Positions 29,080 through 39,940 are shown, counted from the first letter of the stretch. The stretch: 56,768 bases of DNA from an uncultured Lachnospiraceae bacterium (GCA_965114465.1 CBCOYO010000003.1:677-57444); one strand, 5' to 3'. Numbers and translations are program-made. Notes: generated from the sequence alone by a model not told the origin.

Positions 29080-29919
29080 TCACTTGCGCACCATCATTGT
29101 TATTACGTCGTCAATACTGCCTTTTTCCAGTACAAGCGACGGGTAATTTTCCATATAGAACTGCTTCTGATTGGTTAGACAGCTATAGCCAAATTGCTCC
29201 TTATGGCTTTTTATAATATATTTTTTGTCAAGGTGCTGATACTGCTCCTCTGTCACCTTGATCAGCCCGTAATCGCCAAGGAGAACGCCCGTTTCCTCAT
29301 GCATTAGAATTTTACCCTGCTCAATTAAATATACATCATCACACAGCCCCTCCAAGTCACTCGAAATATGTGAACTAATAATAATACTGCGTTCACCGTT
29401 TTCCATATATTCACGTAACATATCTATTAATTCATCCCGTACTATCACATCCAGTCCGGCGGTTGGTTCATCCAGCACCAAAAGGTTTGCATTGTGCGAA
29501 ATCGCTGCCAGCACTTGCAGTTTACGCTTCATCCCTGTCGAAAATTCCTTAATTTTCTTATTGAGCGGCAATCCAAACCGATCACACTGTTTTTTAAACT
29601 CCTCTGGTGAAAACGAATGATAAAATTTTTTTAAAACCGATAGCAGATCTTTAATCGACAAATAATTGCTGAAACCAGAATCAGCAAGCACCACCCCTAT
29701 CCGTTCCCTGTCCTGCGCCGTTAAATCCTTGGCATCTTTTCCAAATATATGCGCGCTTCCGTCGTCAATACGAATTAATCCCAGCATGGCCTTAAATGTC
29801 GTACTTTTCCCTGCTCCATTCCTGCCAATCAGACCTGTTACCTGTCCTTTTGGTACAGCAATAGAACATTCAAGGCAAAAATTATCATACTGTTTCTTTA
29901 TATTTTCTAATTGAACCAT
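29080..29919 (-). CDS. ABC transporter ATP-binding protein
   Basis: GRNGAGKST, FSTGMK, LDEPT. Confidence 0.95.
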   Translation of the reverse strand: MVQLENIKKQYDNFCLECSIAVPKGQVTGLIGRNGAGKSTTFKAMLGLIRIDDGSAHIFGKDAKDLTAQDRERIGVVLADSGFSNYLSIKDLLSVLKKFYHSFSPEEFKKQCDRFGLPLNKKIKEFSTGMKRKLQVLAAISHNANLLVLDEPTAGLDVIVRDELIDMLREYMENGERSIIISSHISSDLEGLCDDVYLIEQGKILMHEETGVLLGDYGLIKVTEEQYQHLDKKYIIKSHKEQFGYSCLTNQKQFYMENYPSLVLEKGSIDDVITMMVRK

Positions 29920-29955
29920 TGATGATACACGCTCCCTTCCTCACTCCGAAATCCA

Positions 29956-30333
29956 TCATTGCGGTTCTTCCATAATAATCGCAAACAATTCTGTTATCTC
30001 CTCATTTGTCATACCACAGGCTCTTGCCTTCTTAATTGCCTGTTCCAAATCCTCCTCAATTTCTTTCCTTTTTTCCTCCATTTTCTGCGCCTGATTAATG
30101 GATGCCACAAAGCTTCCTTTCCCATGCACGGTAACGATAAAACCTTCTAATTCAAGAGAATCGTAAGCTTTCTTTACAGTAAGCGCACTTACTTTTAATT
30201 CTTTCGCCAGCGAACGTACTGAAGGAAGCATTGATTCTTCCTTAATCTCGCCATGCATAATCTTATCCTTAATCTGACTGACAATCTGGTCGTAGATTGG
30301 CTGCATGGAGGAATGATTGATTATCAGTGACAT
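29956..30333 (-). CDS. GntR (YtrA-type) regulator
   Basis: PIYDQI...LPSVRSLA...TVKKAY...GKGSFV. Confidence 0.95.
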   Translation of the reverse strand: MSLIINHSSMQPIYDQIVSQIKDKIMHGEIKEESMLPSVRSLAKELKVSALTVKKAYDSLELEGFIVTVHGKGSFVASINQAQKMEEKRKEIEEDLEQAIKKARACGMTNEEITELFAIIMEEPQ

Positions 30334-30487
30334 TTTTGTATTCCTTTCCTACATAATATTGTGCTTGCAAACACAATCAAATTGTGCAGGGAAAAGCCAT
30401 CTTCCCTACTCTTTGCGGCACATTTCATCTACACGAGTCTGTGCAGAAACATTGTTTATAAACAAATACGAAAGCGTCCTTTCGTTA

Positions 30488-30540
30488 ATAAACAGTATAA
30501 AACAGTCGATAACTGTTGTCAACTGTTTTATACTGTTTAT
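30488..30540. promoter_or_regulatory. Long inverted repeat, probable GntR/YtrA operator
   Basis: ATAAACAGTATAAAACAGT-15 bp-ACTGTTTTATACTGTTTAT upstream of gntR. Confidence 0.65.
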
Positions 30541-30583
30541 TTTTAACAATTTTGTTGATCCTTTGCATAAGGCTGTAAAAAAA

Positions 30584-30681
30584 GGGGCTGTCGCATTAAG
30601 GAAAACCGATACAAGATATTATAACACTGCATTGTGTTTTATATGATATCTTGTATAATCAAAGCTTAATGCGATAGCCCC
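30584..30681. mobile_element. Family A element
   Basis: GGGGCTGTCGCA...TGCGATAGCCCC, 98 bp. Confidence 0.85.
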
Positions 30682-30708
30682 TTTTTTCTATATTATTCCA
30701 ATAATTAT

Positions 30709-30812
30709 TATACTTACGAGTAATTAGATTTTCCTTTCTGTACAGCACGTATTGCACACGTATGCAATATGAACTGTGCAGAAATTGGAAAATCTTAACA
30801 TTTTTCCGTATA
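30709..30812. mobile_element. Family B element
   Basis: 104 bp, homologous to 7683-7786. Confidence 0.85.
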
Positions 30813-30821
30813 CCTTCGCAT

Positions 30822-31502
30822 TTAATCCATTTTAGAAATATAGACGATTTCCCGAAATTTCTCTTTACTTTGCAGCGCTTCCTCCAACAGTCCCAGCCGT
30901 TGCAGAGATACATAAACTGCGGCCGCCTCTGCTTGGCAGTTTATGGATTTTTGTGGATTAAACTCAATATCCGTAAAAGCATCATATTCTAGTATCTGCG
31001 CTGCAAGCGCTTTCGACTGCGCCAAGGCATTAATATATATCCAATTATAAAATAATGTTTTCGGCTCTGTTGCAAACCTTTCTCCATTATGTTCAAACGC
31101 AACAATTTTGCCGCTCGTGCGCAAGCGTTCGTCCTTTTTGGCGGCTCTTGGCGATGCTTCCAACAAATCACGGTAAGGGCCGCCGTTCTCAAAGACTTTA
31201 CCTGCTTGAAAAGCCGATTCCACCGTATATTCTTTCCCTTCCGCTGTATGAAGCATTAAGTGAAATGCACTTAAACTTACCCCCAAGTCCTCCTCCGATC
31301 TGCTGGAAATCTCCAATACCTTTTTATCGGGATTTCCTTCCAAAAATGCTTGATGCAGACTGCGGATACTTCTTTTTTTCTGTTGGTCAGAAAATCCGCT
31401 GAAAAATTCAAATGTAGTATCTTTCCGCAAACACAGCATATAACAGTCCGCATTTATCTGGTTTCTATTTTGTATTACTTCAAATATGGGTCTTACTGCC
31501 AT
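30822..31502 (-). CDS. NADAR-like protein of the DarT1-associated antitoxin type
   Basis: MAVRPIF, VLEISSRS..LGVSLSAF, VESAFQAGKVF.NGGP, FYNWIY, FTDIEFNP.KSINCQA. Confidence 0.7.
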   Translation of the reverse strand: MAVRPIFEVIQNRNQINADCYMLCLRKDTTFEFFSGFSDQQKKRSIRSLHQAFLEGNPDKKVLEISSRSEEDLGVSLSAFHLMLHTAEGKEYTVESAFQAGKVFENGGPYRDLLEASPRAAKKDERLRTSGKIVAFEHNGERFATEPKTLFYNWIYINALAQSKALAAQILEYDAFTDIEFNPQKSINCQAEAAAVYVSLQRLGLLEEALQSKEKFREIVYISKMD

Positions 31503-31521
31503 TTTATCCCCCCACTATCGT

Positions 31522-32190
31522 CTACGTCGTCGACACCAATCCCTTTAAATCCAATCCTGCAAATAGATTTTCGATAGTAAATCCGCTGCTGCTTTCCTCG
31601 CCGGAAATTGCATTCTGGTAATAGGGATTTAGTTTCAATTCTGGTTCTGTCTGCATTTTTGCAAATAAAAGCGCAGTATTGTAGGCATCTACCAGCCCAT
31701 CATGCGCACCATCTTCGTAGATAATATTCGCAGCAATCAATGCCTCCGCCAAGTTATAACATTTTGAATTTTTCATTTTCTCGCTAAATATTTTCTGGCA
31801 GTCAATCCAATTATCCAGAATGGCATCAAAGCCCTCAATATGGATATTTTTCGCCTCAATTTCATGGCGGATTTGCATTTCATCATTTTCACTCCACGAA
31901 ACAAGCTTTACCTCCTCTGGAAGCCAGTCCACAAACCGTTGCAACGCTTCTTTCATTAACGGAGCATCCTTAACATCATTTCTATGGATTCCTGTAAGAT
32001 TGCTGATAAAGTTATCTATATATCCATACTGCGGTGAAACATATGTAACAAATTTCTCCTTGATTTCATAGGAATCATCTAATAAAACTGCCCCGATTTG
32101 AATGGTTTCATGTGAATATGGATATTTTCCCTTCTTGGCTTCGTTTGGAACCTTACACATTTCCAGGTCAACTACTGCATATTGACTCAT
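31522..32190 (-). CDS. DEDDh 3'-5' exonuclease (KapD/ERI-1-like)
   Basis: VVDLEMC, ETIQIGAV, LTGI, AHDGLVDA. Confidence 0.88.
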   Translation of the reverse strand: MSQYAVVDLEMCKVPNEAKKGKYPYSHETIQIGAVLLDDSYEIKEKFVTYVSPQYGYIDNFISNLTGIHRNDVKDAPLMKEALQRFVDWLPEEVKLVSWSENDEMQIRHEIEAKNIHIEGFDAILDNWIDCQKIFSEKMKNSKCYNLAEALIAANIIYEDGAHDGLVDAYNTALLFAKMQTEPELKLNPYYQNAISGEESSSGFTIENLFAGLDLKGLVSTT

Positions 32191-32354
32191 AATTAACACC
32201 CCTTTCCGCAATGCCACAGCGGGCATTGTCCTTCGTATATCAAAAATATAGCCGCCAACATTCTTAATTTTTACATACATTTACTCTACCACACATATAC
32301 ATATGTTTCAAGTTATATGTGGATAAAAACGAAAAGGGGTGTAATTGTTAAATA

Positions 32355-34757
32355 TCACAATTCATTTATTGTAGCAGTAATTGCCATATTGCGTATGCGT
32401 TTGGCTGGACTGTATACTGCAATAACAGCCGATGCCAAAACAAAAATAATAATAATTATTACCAATGTACTTGGCAGATACCACTCTATACCAAAATAGT
32501 ATGTTAACAGTCGTATATGCAGAAAACGGCTGAGTGGAATCCCAACACCGCAGCCGACCACAAGTCCAGTGATGGCATACGTAAACGCTTCCGCAGTAAT
32601 CATATACGTAAGCTGTCTGCCATCCATACCAACCGCACGCATTGCGCCGTATTGTTTTATCCGTGCTGTTACACTCATAGAAATGCTATTCATAATATTG
32701 AATAAGGTAATGCTTGCAATAATCGCAAGAACGCTGTATCCCAAAATCCGTGTCGCCCAATACGTGGTATTATTCTCCTGATTCGTTACGCGTTCATCCG
32801 TAAAAATCATCTCCCCCACGGCAAGATCTGCAATCTGCTGCACGGTTTCTTCACTCACATTTTTGCCAAACTGCACACCGATTAAATTATAATTTTGCTC
32901 ACCTGTCAGCCATGCAAAAGTTTCTTGCGAACAAATTATACTATTTTCACTTGGATACAATCCCTCCGATATTGCACAAGTAATTTCGACCTTTTTTTCT
33001 CCTATTTCAATAATATCGCCCACTTTCAGCGGATTATCTTTATTTTTCACGGTTATAACATGGCTGCTGTTTCCATAGATAGCGGACAAATCACCCTGCA
33101 TTACACTCTCTTCTGCGCAGTCGAGCAGATAATCGCTGTAAGATACCAGATTAATATACTCTATGTCCTGCTGCGGAGAAGACGCTGGGAAATGATACAG
33201 ATACGAACTGCCCCAAATATGCGAAACACCTGATATTTTGCGTATCTCTTCTGTGAAATCCTGGCTAATAATTAAGGCATTTTTATAACCGCCAATGGTT
33301 ACATCCGGCTGAAACGGCTGCATAGAAGGCATTAATTTTCTTATAAAATCCATGCCCACAAAAAAGCAGAGAAACATTATAATACTTAGGGCAAACGAAC
33401 CTGTCATTAACAACAAATTTTTCTTGGAAGCGACGGCATGATGTATCCCCAGTATCCATTCAACCCTTGCCATATGAAATTTTATGGTGTGCTTCACAGA
33501 ATTGCCCATTCCTGCATTGCCGGAAACCGCCATCATTGGAGAAACCCTTGCAGCACGTTTTGCTGGTGACTGCGCTGCAAACAAAACTGTCACAATCCCA
33601 ACTGCTGCACCGCTGATTAGCCCCACTGGGCTTAGTGCGAAAACCGGCATAGCCGCAAATTCTCCACCAATTCCATAATGCAGTACCACGCAGATTCCCC
33701 AACTTGCCGCCGTACCTGCAAACAGACCGATCGGAACTGCTGTTTTGCACCAATTGAGTGCTTCCAGACGTACAAAACAAATAATCTGCCTGCGGCTTGC
33801 CCCAATACAGCGCATCATCCCAAAGAATTTCATTCGCTGCGCCACATTACTGTTCATACTGCCAGAAATCATCAAAACGCCTGCCGTCAAAACCAATACA
33901 AACAAAACTGCCGCGATTCCATACATATTAATAATACTTTGGTTGCTGCTTTTTCCGGTCAGCCCCATAACTGCCTTATTCTCAGAAATACAATTTTGAG
34001 GAAATTGATACTGCTGCTGCAGCGCAGGGATTGCCTCTGCCGCTTTTGCAGAATCTTGAAACTGCACATAATAGCTCTGGCTATAACTTTGATTATAACT
34101 TTGCTTATAGCCACTGTCTGCATCTTTTATTGTATCTTCGCTGGATGCCCCCAAATAGGACACCCCGTTTTGCTCCATCAATGCCGCAAAAGCATCTTGT
34201 GTCATATACACAGCGACAAGATACGTCTGCCCACGGTAATACTCTTTATCATCCGATCCAAAACCAGATACGATATATTCAGCTTCTTTGGCAGGTGTAT
34301 TGATTCTTACTCGATCGCCAAGCTGAAGATGAAGCCCTTGCTTTGCATTGGAGGAAAGCATTACTTCATTATTATTTTGTGGGAAACTGCCCTCCTCAAC
34401 ACCATCTGCAAGCTGTATTATATATATTTCATCTGTGCCATACAATGTTGCTTTTTTCTTACCTATAAAATATGGCTTATCTACATCGGTATTAAACTCC
34501 GCCTTCCATCCGCTTGCTGCAACATCTGACCGCTGGCTGATTTCTTCTGCGGTTTCTTGCGCAATATTTTCCAATTGTATATGCCATTTTCCATGTTTTT
34601 CTATGATATGCGTGGTTTCTGTCCGAATCATCATATCCGCCACGCTAAAAATTGCCGTTACCAGCAGTACGGAAATAATAATGCACAAAATCGTCATGCA
34701 GTTTTGTCTTCTGCGGACTTTTGCAGAAATAGGGATTAAGCTAAGATAACTTTTCAT
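32355..34757 (-). CDS. FtsX/MacB-type ABC permease
   Basis: Two FtsX repeats (FGMMRCIGAS..QI; YGAMRAVGMDG.QL). Confidence 0.92.
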   Translation of the reverse strand: MKSYLSLIPISAKVRRRQNCMTILCIIISVLLVTAIFSVADMMIRTETTHIIEKHGKWHIQLENIAQETAEEISQRSDVAASGWKAEFNTDVDKPYFIGKKKATLYGTDEIYIIQLADGVEEGSFPQNNNEVMLSSNAKQGLHLQLGDRVRINTPAKEAEYIVSGFGSDDKEYYRGQTYLVAVYMTQDAFAALMEQNGVSYLGASSEDTIKDADSGYKQSYNQSYSQSYYVQFQDSAKAAEAIPALQQQYQFPQNCISENKAVMGLTGKSSNQSIINMYGIAAVLFVLVLTAGVLMISGSMNSNVAQRMKFFGMMRCIGASRRQIICFVRLEALNWCKTAVPIGLFAGTAASWGICVVLHYGIGGEFAAMPVFALSPVGLISGAAVGIVTVLFAAQSPAKRAARVSPMMAVSGNAGMGNSVKHTIKFHMARVEWILGIHHAVASKKNLLLMTGSFALSIIMFLCFFVGMDFIRKLMPSMQPFQPDVTIGGYKNALIISQDFTEEIRKISGVSHIWGSSYLYHFPASSPQQDIEYINLVSYSDYLLDCAEESVMQGDLSAIYGNSSHVITVKNKDNPLKVGDIIEIGEKKVEITCAISEGLYPSENSIICSQETFAWLTGEQNYNLIGVQFGKNVSEETVQQIADLAVGEMIFTDERVTNQENNTTYWATRILGYSVLAIIASITLFNIMNSISMSVTARIKQYGAMRAVGMDGRQLTYMITAEAFTYAITGLVVGCGVGIPLSRFLHIRLLTYYFGIEWYLPSTLVIIIIIFVLASAVIAVYSPAKRIRNMAITATINEL

Positions 34758-35437
34758 TCACTATACCTCCCAAAATCTGTAACAATACCGTCTGACACCT
34801 GTAATATGCGATCCGCATTCTGCGCAATACTGCGATTGTGGGTAATCATAATAATTGTCTGTTCATACTTTTGCGATGCCTCTTTGAGCAAAGCAATCAC
34901 TTCTCTGCTGTTATGCGTATCCAAATTTCCGGTCGGCTCATCCGCTAAAATCAGCGCAGGACGTGTAATGAGCGCACGTCCAATCGCTACTCTCTGCTGC
35001 TGACCACCCGATAACTGGCTGGGCAGATGCGTGCGCCGTTCCCTTAAATTCAGCACAGTAAGCAGTTCTTCAAGATACTTTTTATCAGGTTTTTGATAAT
35101 CGAGCAGCATGGGAAAAATAATGTTTTGTTCCACAGTAAGTTCCGGCACTAAATTAAACGCCTGAAAAATAAATCCAATATTTCTGCGCCTAAAAATCGT
35201 TAATTTTTGATCATTCATTGCAAAAATATCTTTGCCGTCAATCTTTACCTTGCCCGAAGTCGGCATATCAAGTGCGCCGATCATATTTAAAAGCGTACTT
35301 TTTCCAGAACCAGACTCGCCGACAATCGCCACATACTCCCCCTTGGGCACGGAAAAACTGACATCCTTTAACGCCTGTACCGCAGTTTCATTGCTGCCAT
35401 AGGTCTTACAAATTTTGCTGACCTCCAATAAATTCAT
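34754..35437 (-). CDS. ABC ATP-binding protein (LolD/MacB-like)
   Basis: GESGSGKST, LSGGQQQRV, ADEPTGNLD. Confidence 0.96.
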   Translation of the reverse strand: MNLLEVSKICKTYGSNETAVQALKDVSFSVPKGEYVAIVGESGSGKSTLLNMIGALDMPTSGKVKIDGKDIFAMNDQKLTIFRRRNIGFIFQAFNLVPELTVEQNIIFPMLLDYQKPDKKYLEELLTVLNLRERRTHLPSQLSGGQQQRVAIGRALITRPALILADEPTGNLDTHNSREVIALLKEASQKYEQTIIMITHNRSIAQNADRILQVSDGIVTDFGRYSE

Positions 35438-35465
35438 CGTGCAAACACCTCTTTCTTATTTCTTT

Positions 35466-35801
35466 TATACTAACGAACGATTAGATTTTCCTTTATTCAC
35501 AACACATATTGCCCGCTTATGCAATATGGGCTGTGCAGAAATTGGAAAATCTTAACGTTCGTTAGTATACGACGGCTTATTGTTCGTCATTTAATACTGA
35601 CAAACAGAAAATCTAATTGTCCATCAATAAATATTGGCAAACACTAATTTTTGGGGCTGTCGCACTAAACAATTAGTGTACAGCCCTTTTTTCATAAAAA
35701 TAAGGGGCTGTCGCAATATGCTTTGATGATACTAAATATGGTATAAATCTTAGCACAGTGTTAGACTATCTAGTATCCGTTTGTCTTAATGCGACAGCCC
35801 C
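35466..35801. mobile_element. Cluster: family B (35466-35569), mini family A (35653-35686), family A (35704-35801)
   Basis: Homology to other copies; terminal inverted repeats. Confidence 0.8.
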
Positions 35802-35866
35802 ATCACCAATTGTTTGTCAGTATTGAAAGAATAGCACTGGAATATTACTGCAAAATTACAATAACG

Positions 35867-36904
35867 CTACAATTTTGTAGGAATTAAAAAATTAATTGTA
35901 AAAGTAGTCCCCTGTCCAAATTGGCTGTCCACGGTAACAACACCGTTATGCGCTTCAATAATCGCTTTTGCCAATGGCAGCCCCAGCCCAATTCCTTTTG
36001 TATCCTTAGAATAACGGCTGCGATAGAAGCGTTTGAAAATATGATGCAAGTCCTCCGGATGAATGCCGCTGCCATTGTCTTTAATTGTAATTTCAACTAC
36101 AGAAGGCAGTGCTTTCCAGCAAATCCAAATCTTATCACCAGCATTTGTATGATCCAGTGCATTTTTAACAATATTATTAACCGCTTCCATAATCCAATCA
36201 CGGTCACAGCAAAACGGAACGCTGTCCACACCGGATAAAATCAATTCTTTCTGCTCCTGTCTGGCACGAAAGGCAAAATGCAGTTCCACATCCCGCAGAA
36301 TCTCCGCCACGTTCTCCATATTTTTTTCAATTACAATCGCGCCGGCATCAAGCCTTGTTATTTTCAACAGATTTTCCACCAATGTTTCAATGCGGTCAAG
36401 TTCCTGCTCCGACAATCGTGCAAACTCTTTTATTGCTGGTAAATCTTCTGCCTCATCCTGCAAAAGTCCATTATAAATATTTAACGCTGCAAGCGGTGTT
36501 TTCAGTTGATGGGATATATCCGATATGGTATTTTTCAGAAATTCCTTTTCCCGCAATTCCTTTGCAGCATGCGCATTTAAAATCGCTGCCAAAGTATTCA
36601 CTGAATGAAATAGTTTGTACATCTGCCCCTCCATATCACACGCAATCCGCGCGTCAACATTTCCGTCAAGATAGGCATTTATCTGTGAAACCGCATTTTC
36701 CATAACTCTATTTTGCTTGTTAACATACCCCAAGCAGACAGCCCAAACACCACATGCTGCCAGCAAAATAAGCACCAGCAGCCAAACAGAAAATATTTGG
36801 CAGCACAACAGCAAAAGCCCCTCCGCAATAAAAAGAAAAATCCCGAAAACAACCCCTGTCGCAAGGAATAACCGCTTAATATCCTTATCCGCAAATAATC
36901 TCAT
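35867..36904 (-). CDS. Sensor histidine kinase
   Basis: ISHQLKTPL, NIVKNA, DNGSGI, GIGLGL. Confidence 0.96.
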   Translation of the reverse strand: MRLFADKDIKRLFLATGVVFGIFLFIAEGLLLLCCQIFSVWLLVLILLAACGVWAVCLGYVNKQNRVMENAVSQINAYLDGNVDARIACDMEGQMYKLFHSVNTLAAILNAHAAKELREKEFLKNTISDISHQLKTPLAALNIYNGLLQDEAEDLPAIKEFARLSEQELDRIETLVENLLKITRLDAGAIVIEKNMENVAEILRDVELHFAFRARQEQKELILSGVDSVPFCCDRDWIMEAVNNIVKNALDHTNAGDKIWICWKALPSVVEITIKDNGSGIHPEDLHHIFKRFYRSRYSKDTKGIGLGLPLAKAIIEAHNGVVTVDSQFGQGTTFTINFLIPTKL

Positions 36905-36913
36905 AACAATGCC

Positions 36914-37612
36914 TCAACACATTACATTCCATTTATAACCCATACGCCGCACCGTTAACAACATCTGCGGATCGCTGGGATTGTCCTCTACTTTTATCCG
37001 CAGCCTGCGTATATATACGGTTAACGCACTATTGTCAATATAGTTCCCCTCGCAGTCCCACAATTTATCTAAAATCTGCTCTTTTGAGAGCACAACATTA
37101 GGATTCTGCATAAAAAAGCACAGCAGTTTATATTCTGCTGCTGTTAATTCCAATAATTCTCCATTTTTATATGCCTGTCCTTGGAGCAGCAGTACTTTAA
37201 TTCCATTGGAATGCAGTTCGGATTCTGCGGATTGGAAGTCCTTTGCACGCCGCAGCAACGCATTTATCCGTGAAATAAGCACACCCAGTTTAAACGGCTT
37301 CGTAATATAATCATCCCCGCCGATATCCAACCCCATAATAATGCTTGTTTCCTCATCGGATGCTGTTAAAAAAATAATCGGCACTTTAGAAATCTGCCGC
37401 ACCTTTTGACAAAAGGCAAAGCCTGAACCATCCGGAAGCGATACGTCCAAAACCAACAAGTCAAATCGAATGCTAGGCTTTCCCTCTGCCCAAAGTGCCT
37501 CCGCATCTTTTATGGTTCTTGCAACCTCCAACGCATATCCCTGCTTCTGAAATGCAAAAGAAAGTCCATTTATTAAACTTAAATCATCCTCTAACAGCAG
37601 TATCGTATTCAT
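36914..37612 (-). CDS. OmpR-family response regulator
   Basis: LLEDD, LDVSLPD, DDYITKPF, winged helix. Confidence 0.96.
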   Translation of the reverse strand: MNTILLLEDDLSLINGLSFAFQKQGYALEVARTIKDAEALWAEGKPSIRFDLLVLDVSLPDGSGFAFCQKVRQISKVPIIFLTASDEETSIIMGLDIGGDDYITKPFKLGVLISRINALLRRAKDFQSAESELHSNGIKVLLLQGQAYKNGELLELTAAEYKLLCFFMQNPNVVLSKEQILDKLWDCEGNYIDNSALTVYIRRLRIKVEDNPSDPQMLLTVRRMGYKWNVMC

Positions 37613-37637
37613 ATTATTTTCCTTCCTTTTGTTCCAC

Positions 37638-37735
37638 GGGGCTGTCGCAATAATCTTTGATTATACAAGATATTGTTCAGGATGTGTTGCACTGTTATAA
37701 TATCTTGTATCTGTTTTCTTTAATGCGACAGCGCC
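37638..37735. mobile_element. Family A element
   Basis: GGGGCTGTCGCA...TGCGACAGCGCC, 98 bp. Confidence 0.85.
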
Positions 37736-37988
37736 GTGTTTGATTACACTATCTTTTGCAAATTATACCATAAAGCTTTCGATTTTCAATGTATAATTTT
37801 TCAGGAAAATTGCTCGATAAATCTTACAGCATACACCCTATACCAAAAGATAGCATGCTTATTCCTTGGAGTGCTATAATAGAATTTCTCAAAATAGCAC
37901 TCCAAACAAAAAACTTTAAAAATTTTATTTGTCACTGAAACTATTTTCTTGGGTGCAATGTCTAATAATACATAAGGGCAAACAAATT

Positions 37989-38133
37989 GTTACTATTCAC
38001 AGCTTCCATCTACTCATAGTAACCGCATTTGTGCATTCCAAGCTGCCTGCGGCAAGGCGCAAATCTTGCATAACCTACTATACTGGGTCGTAAGTGCGCA
38101 GTTAATGCGTATTTCGACTGTGAATAGCAGCAA
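37989..38133. mobile_element. Family F ~145-bp element
   Basis: GTTACTATTCACAG...CTGTGAATAG ends; direct copy at 39941-40084. Confidence 0.85.
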
Positions 38134-38186
38134 CAGATTCAATAAGATGCATCCTACGATTTTTTGTACCTGACTACACCAAGGAG

Positions 38187-38765
38187 GTGAATACTTTGCA
38201 CTTTTTTTTCGAGAAAAAAGAAAAAACAAATCAAAACTTAATTGAACAGATTATATTAGAACGGTATCATCAATATTATCGCCTAGCGCTTCGCTATACA
38301 CACCATGAAGCGGATGCCTGCGATATTGTACAAAACGGCGCGTATAAAGCATTGCGCAACTGCCACACGCTGAAAAATCCAGCGCTTGCGGAAACGTGGA
38401 TTTACCGCATTATGCTCAACGAATGCTTTCGTTATTTAAAACAACCGCAGTTTCTTTCCTACGAGTCCATGCAGGAGGAAAGCGGAACGGAACTAGGCAT
38501 TACAGAAGATTCCTATGAAAATATTGACTTGCAGCGGGCGCTGGATGCCCTTCCCGCCAAAGATAAAGCAATTGTTATTTTAAAGTTCTTCGAAGATAAA
38601 AAGCTGGAAGAAATCGCAGAAATTCTTAAAGAAAATATTAACACTGTAAAAAGCAGGCTATACCGCAGCATTAAGAAACTCCACAGCGCACTTTCCGCAG
38701 ACAGCAACCAAAACCTATGTAGTGGGAATGCCTTCCCTTATGGCAAGAATGGAGGAGGAATATGA
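38187..38765 (+). CDS. ECF sigma factor (SigV-like)
   Basis: DACDIVQ, TWIYRIMLNEC, EEIAEIL..NINTVKSRLYR; next to RsiV-like gene. Confidence 0.92.
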   Translation: MNTLHFFFEKKEKTNQNLIEQIILERYHQYYRLALRYTHHEADACDIVQNGAYKALRNCHTLKNPALAETWIYRIMLNECFRYLKQPQFLSYESMQEESGTELGITEDSYENIDLQRALDALPAKDKAIVILKFFEDKKLEEIAEILKENINTVKSRLYRSIKKLHSALSADSNQNLCSGNAFPYGKNGGGI

Positions 38766-39874
38766 AAAATTACAGTCCAAAAACAGTTCAGCAATCTGTA
38801 AATAAACAAAATAGGAACTGCCAAAATGCAAGCAAAACAATTACAGACAACCAAAATCTAGACACGCAAACTGACAAAGAGCAGATTTCACAAGAACAGA
38901 CTGCTCTAGTTGAGCAGTATTTGCAGCCGCTCAAACATAAGTATCTTGCGCAGCAAATGTCGGATGAACATTTACAGCAATTAATTCAAAAAATGGAGGA
39001 AGCGAAAAATATGGAAATGCATCAACAAAATCATACAGGAATATGGAAAATTGCAACTGCGGCAGCCGTTCTAATCGGTGCTTTTATTCTATTGCCCAAT
39101 ACCTCAGCAGCAATGGCAAACGCAATGGAACAAATACCCCTTATCGGACAGCTTGTTAAAGTCGTAACGTTCCGCGATTATCAATATGAAAGCGATCGAA
39201 ATATGGCAGATATTGAAATCCCCGAAATCCAGCCTGCTGACAACAATTCCACTAGCAATTTGAAGGATAATGTCGACAGCAATACAGTATCTGACAATAC
39301 AAATAACAGCACACAGGGGAATATCGACAACAGCGTACAAGAAAATCTTAACCGCACCACCGCTGAAATAAACGCGGAAATCAAGGAAATTACAGATAAA
39401 TTAATTGCAGAATTTGAAACAAATTTAAAGGCAGAGGGCGGTTATCAAGACATTGTTGTCAAAAGCGAAGTCCTTACTACAACGCCGGAATACTTTACAC
39501 TAAAACTTATCTGCTATCAAGGAGCAGGAAGCGGATATCAGTGGAACTATTTTTACACAATTGACCTAAATACTGGTGAGCGCTTACAATTAAAAGATAT
39601 CTTTGCGGATGGAGCTGACTTTATTACACCCATTAGCGACAATATAAAGCAGCAAATGCAGGAACAAATGGACGCTGATGAAAATGTTTATTATTGGCTA
39701 AATGATGAAATAGAAGAATGGAATTTTAAAGCAATTACGGAGGAAACCTCTTTTTACTTAAATGAAAAAGGGAATGTTGTGATTGGTTTTAATGAAGGTG
39801 ATGTTGCACCGATGTATATGGGAACAGTTGAATTTGAAATTCCGGCGGAAGTAATTGCTGATATCAGGAAATAA
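38762..39874 (+). CDS. RsiV-like anti-sigma factor
   Basis: LLPNTS..MANAMEQIPLIGQLVKVVTFR; FYLNEKGNVVI.FNEGDVAPMYMG.VEFEI. Confidence 0.85.
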   Translation: MKNYSPKTVQQSVNKQNRNCQNASKTITDNQNLDTQTDKEQISQEQTALVEQYLQPLKHKYLAQQMSDEHLQQLIQKMEEAKNMEMHQQNHTGIWKIATAAAVLIGAFILLPNTSAAMANAMEQIPLIGQLVKVVTFRDYQYESDRNMADIEIPEIQPADNNSTSNLKDNVDSNTVSDNTNNSTQGNIDNSVQENLNRTTAEINAEIKEITDKLIAEFETNLKAEGGYQDIVVKSEVLTTTPEYFTLKLICYQGAGSGYQWNYFYTIDLNTGERLQLKDIFADGADFITPISDNIKQQMQEQMDADENVYYWLNDEIEEWNFKAITEETSFYLNEKGNVVIGFNEGDVAPMYMGTVEFEIPAEVIADIRK

Positions 39875-39940
39875 TCACCTTGACAAAAACTTGTTTTCAA
39901 TACCAGAATATGCTATACTTTCCATAGACGGCAATATTTC

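Noticed and set aside
37866-37905. TTGGAGTGCTAT...ATAGCACTCCAA as a CIRCE element
   Set aside because: Half-sites are in the reverse order with the wrong spacing and no chaperone gene is adjacent; only an unexplained inverted repeat
38014-38229. Similar small ORFs 38014-38229 and 39949-40131
   Set aside because: Similarity comes from the family F element they overlap
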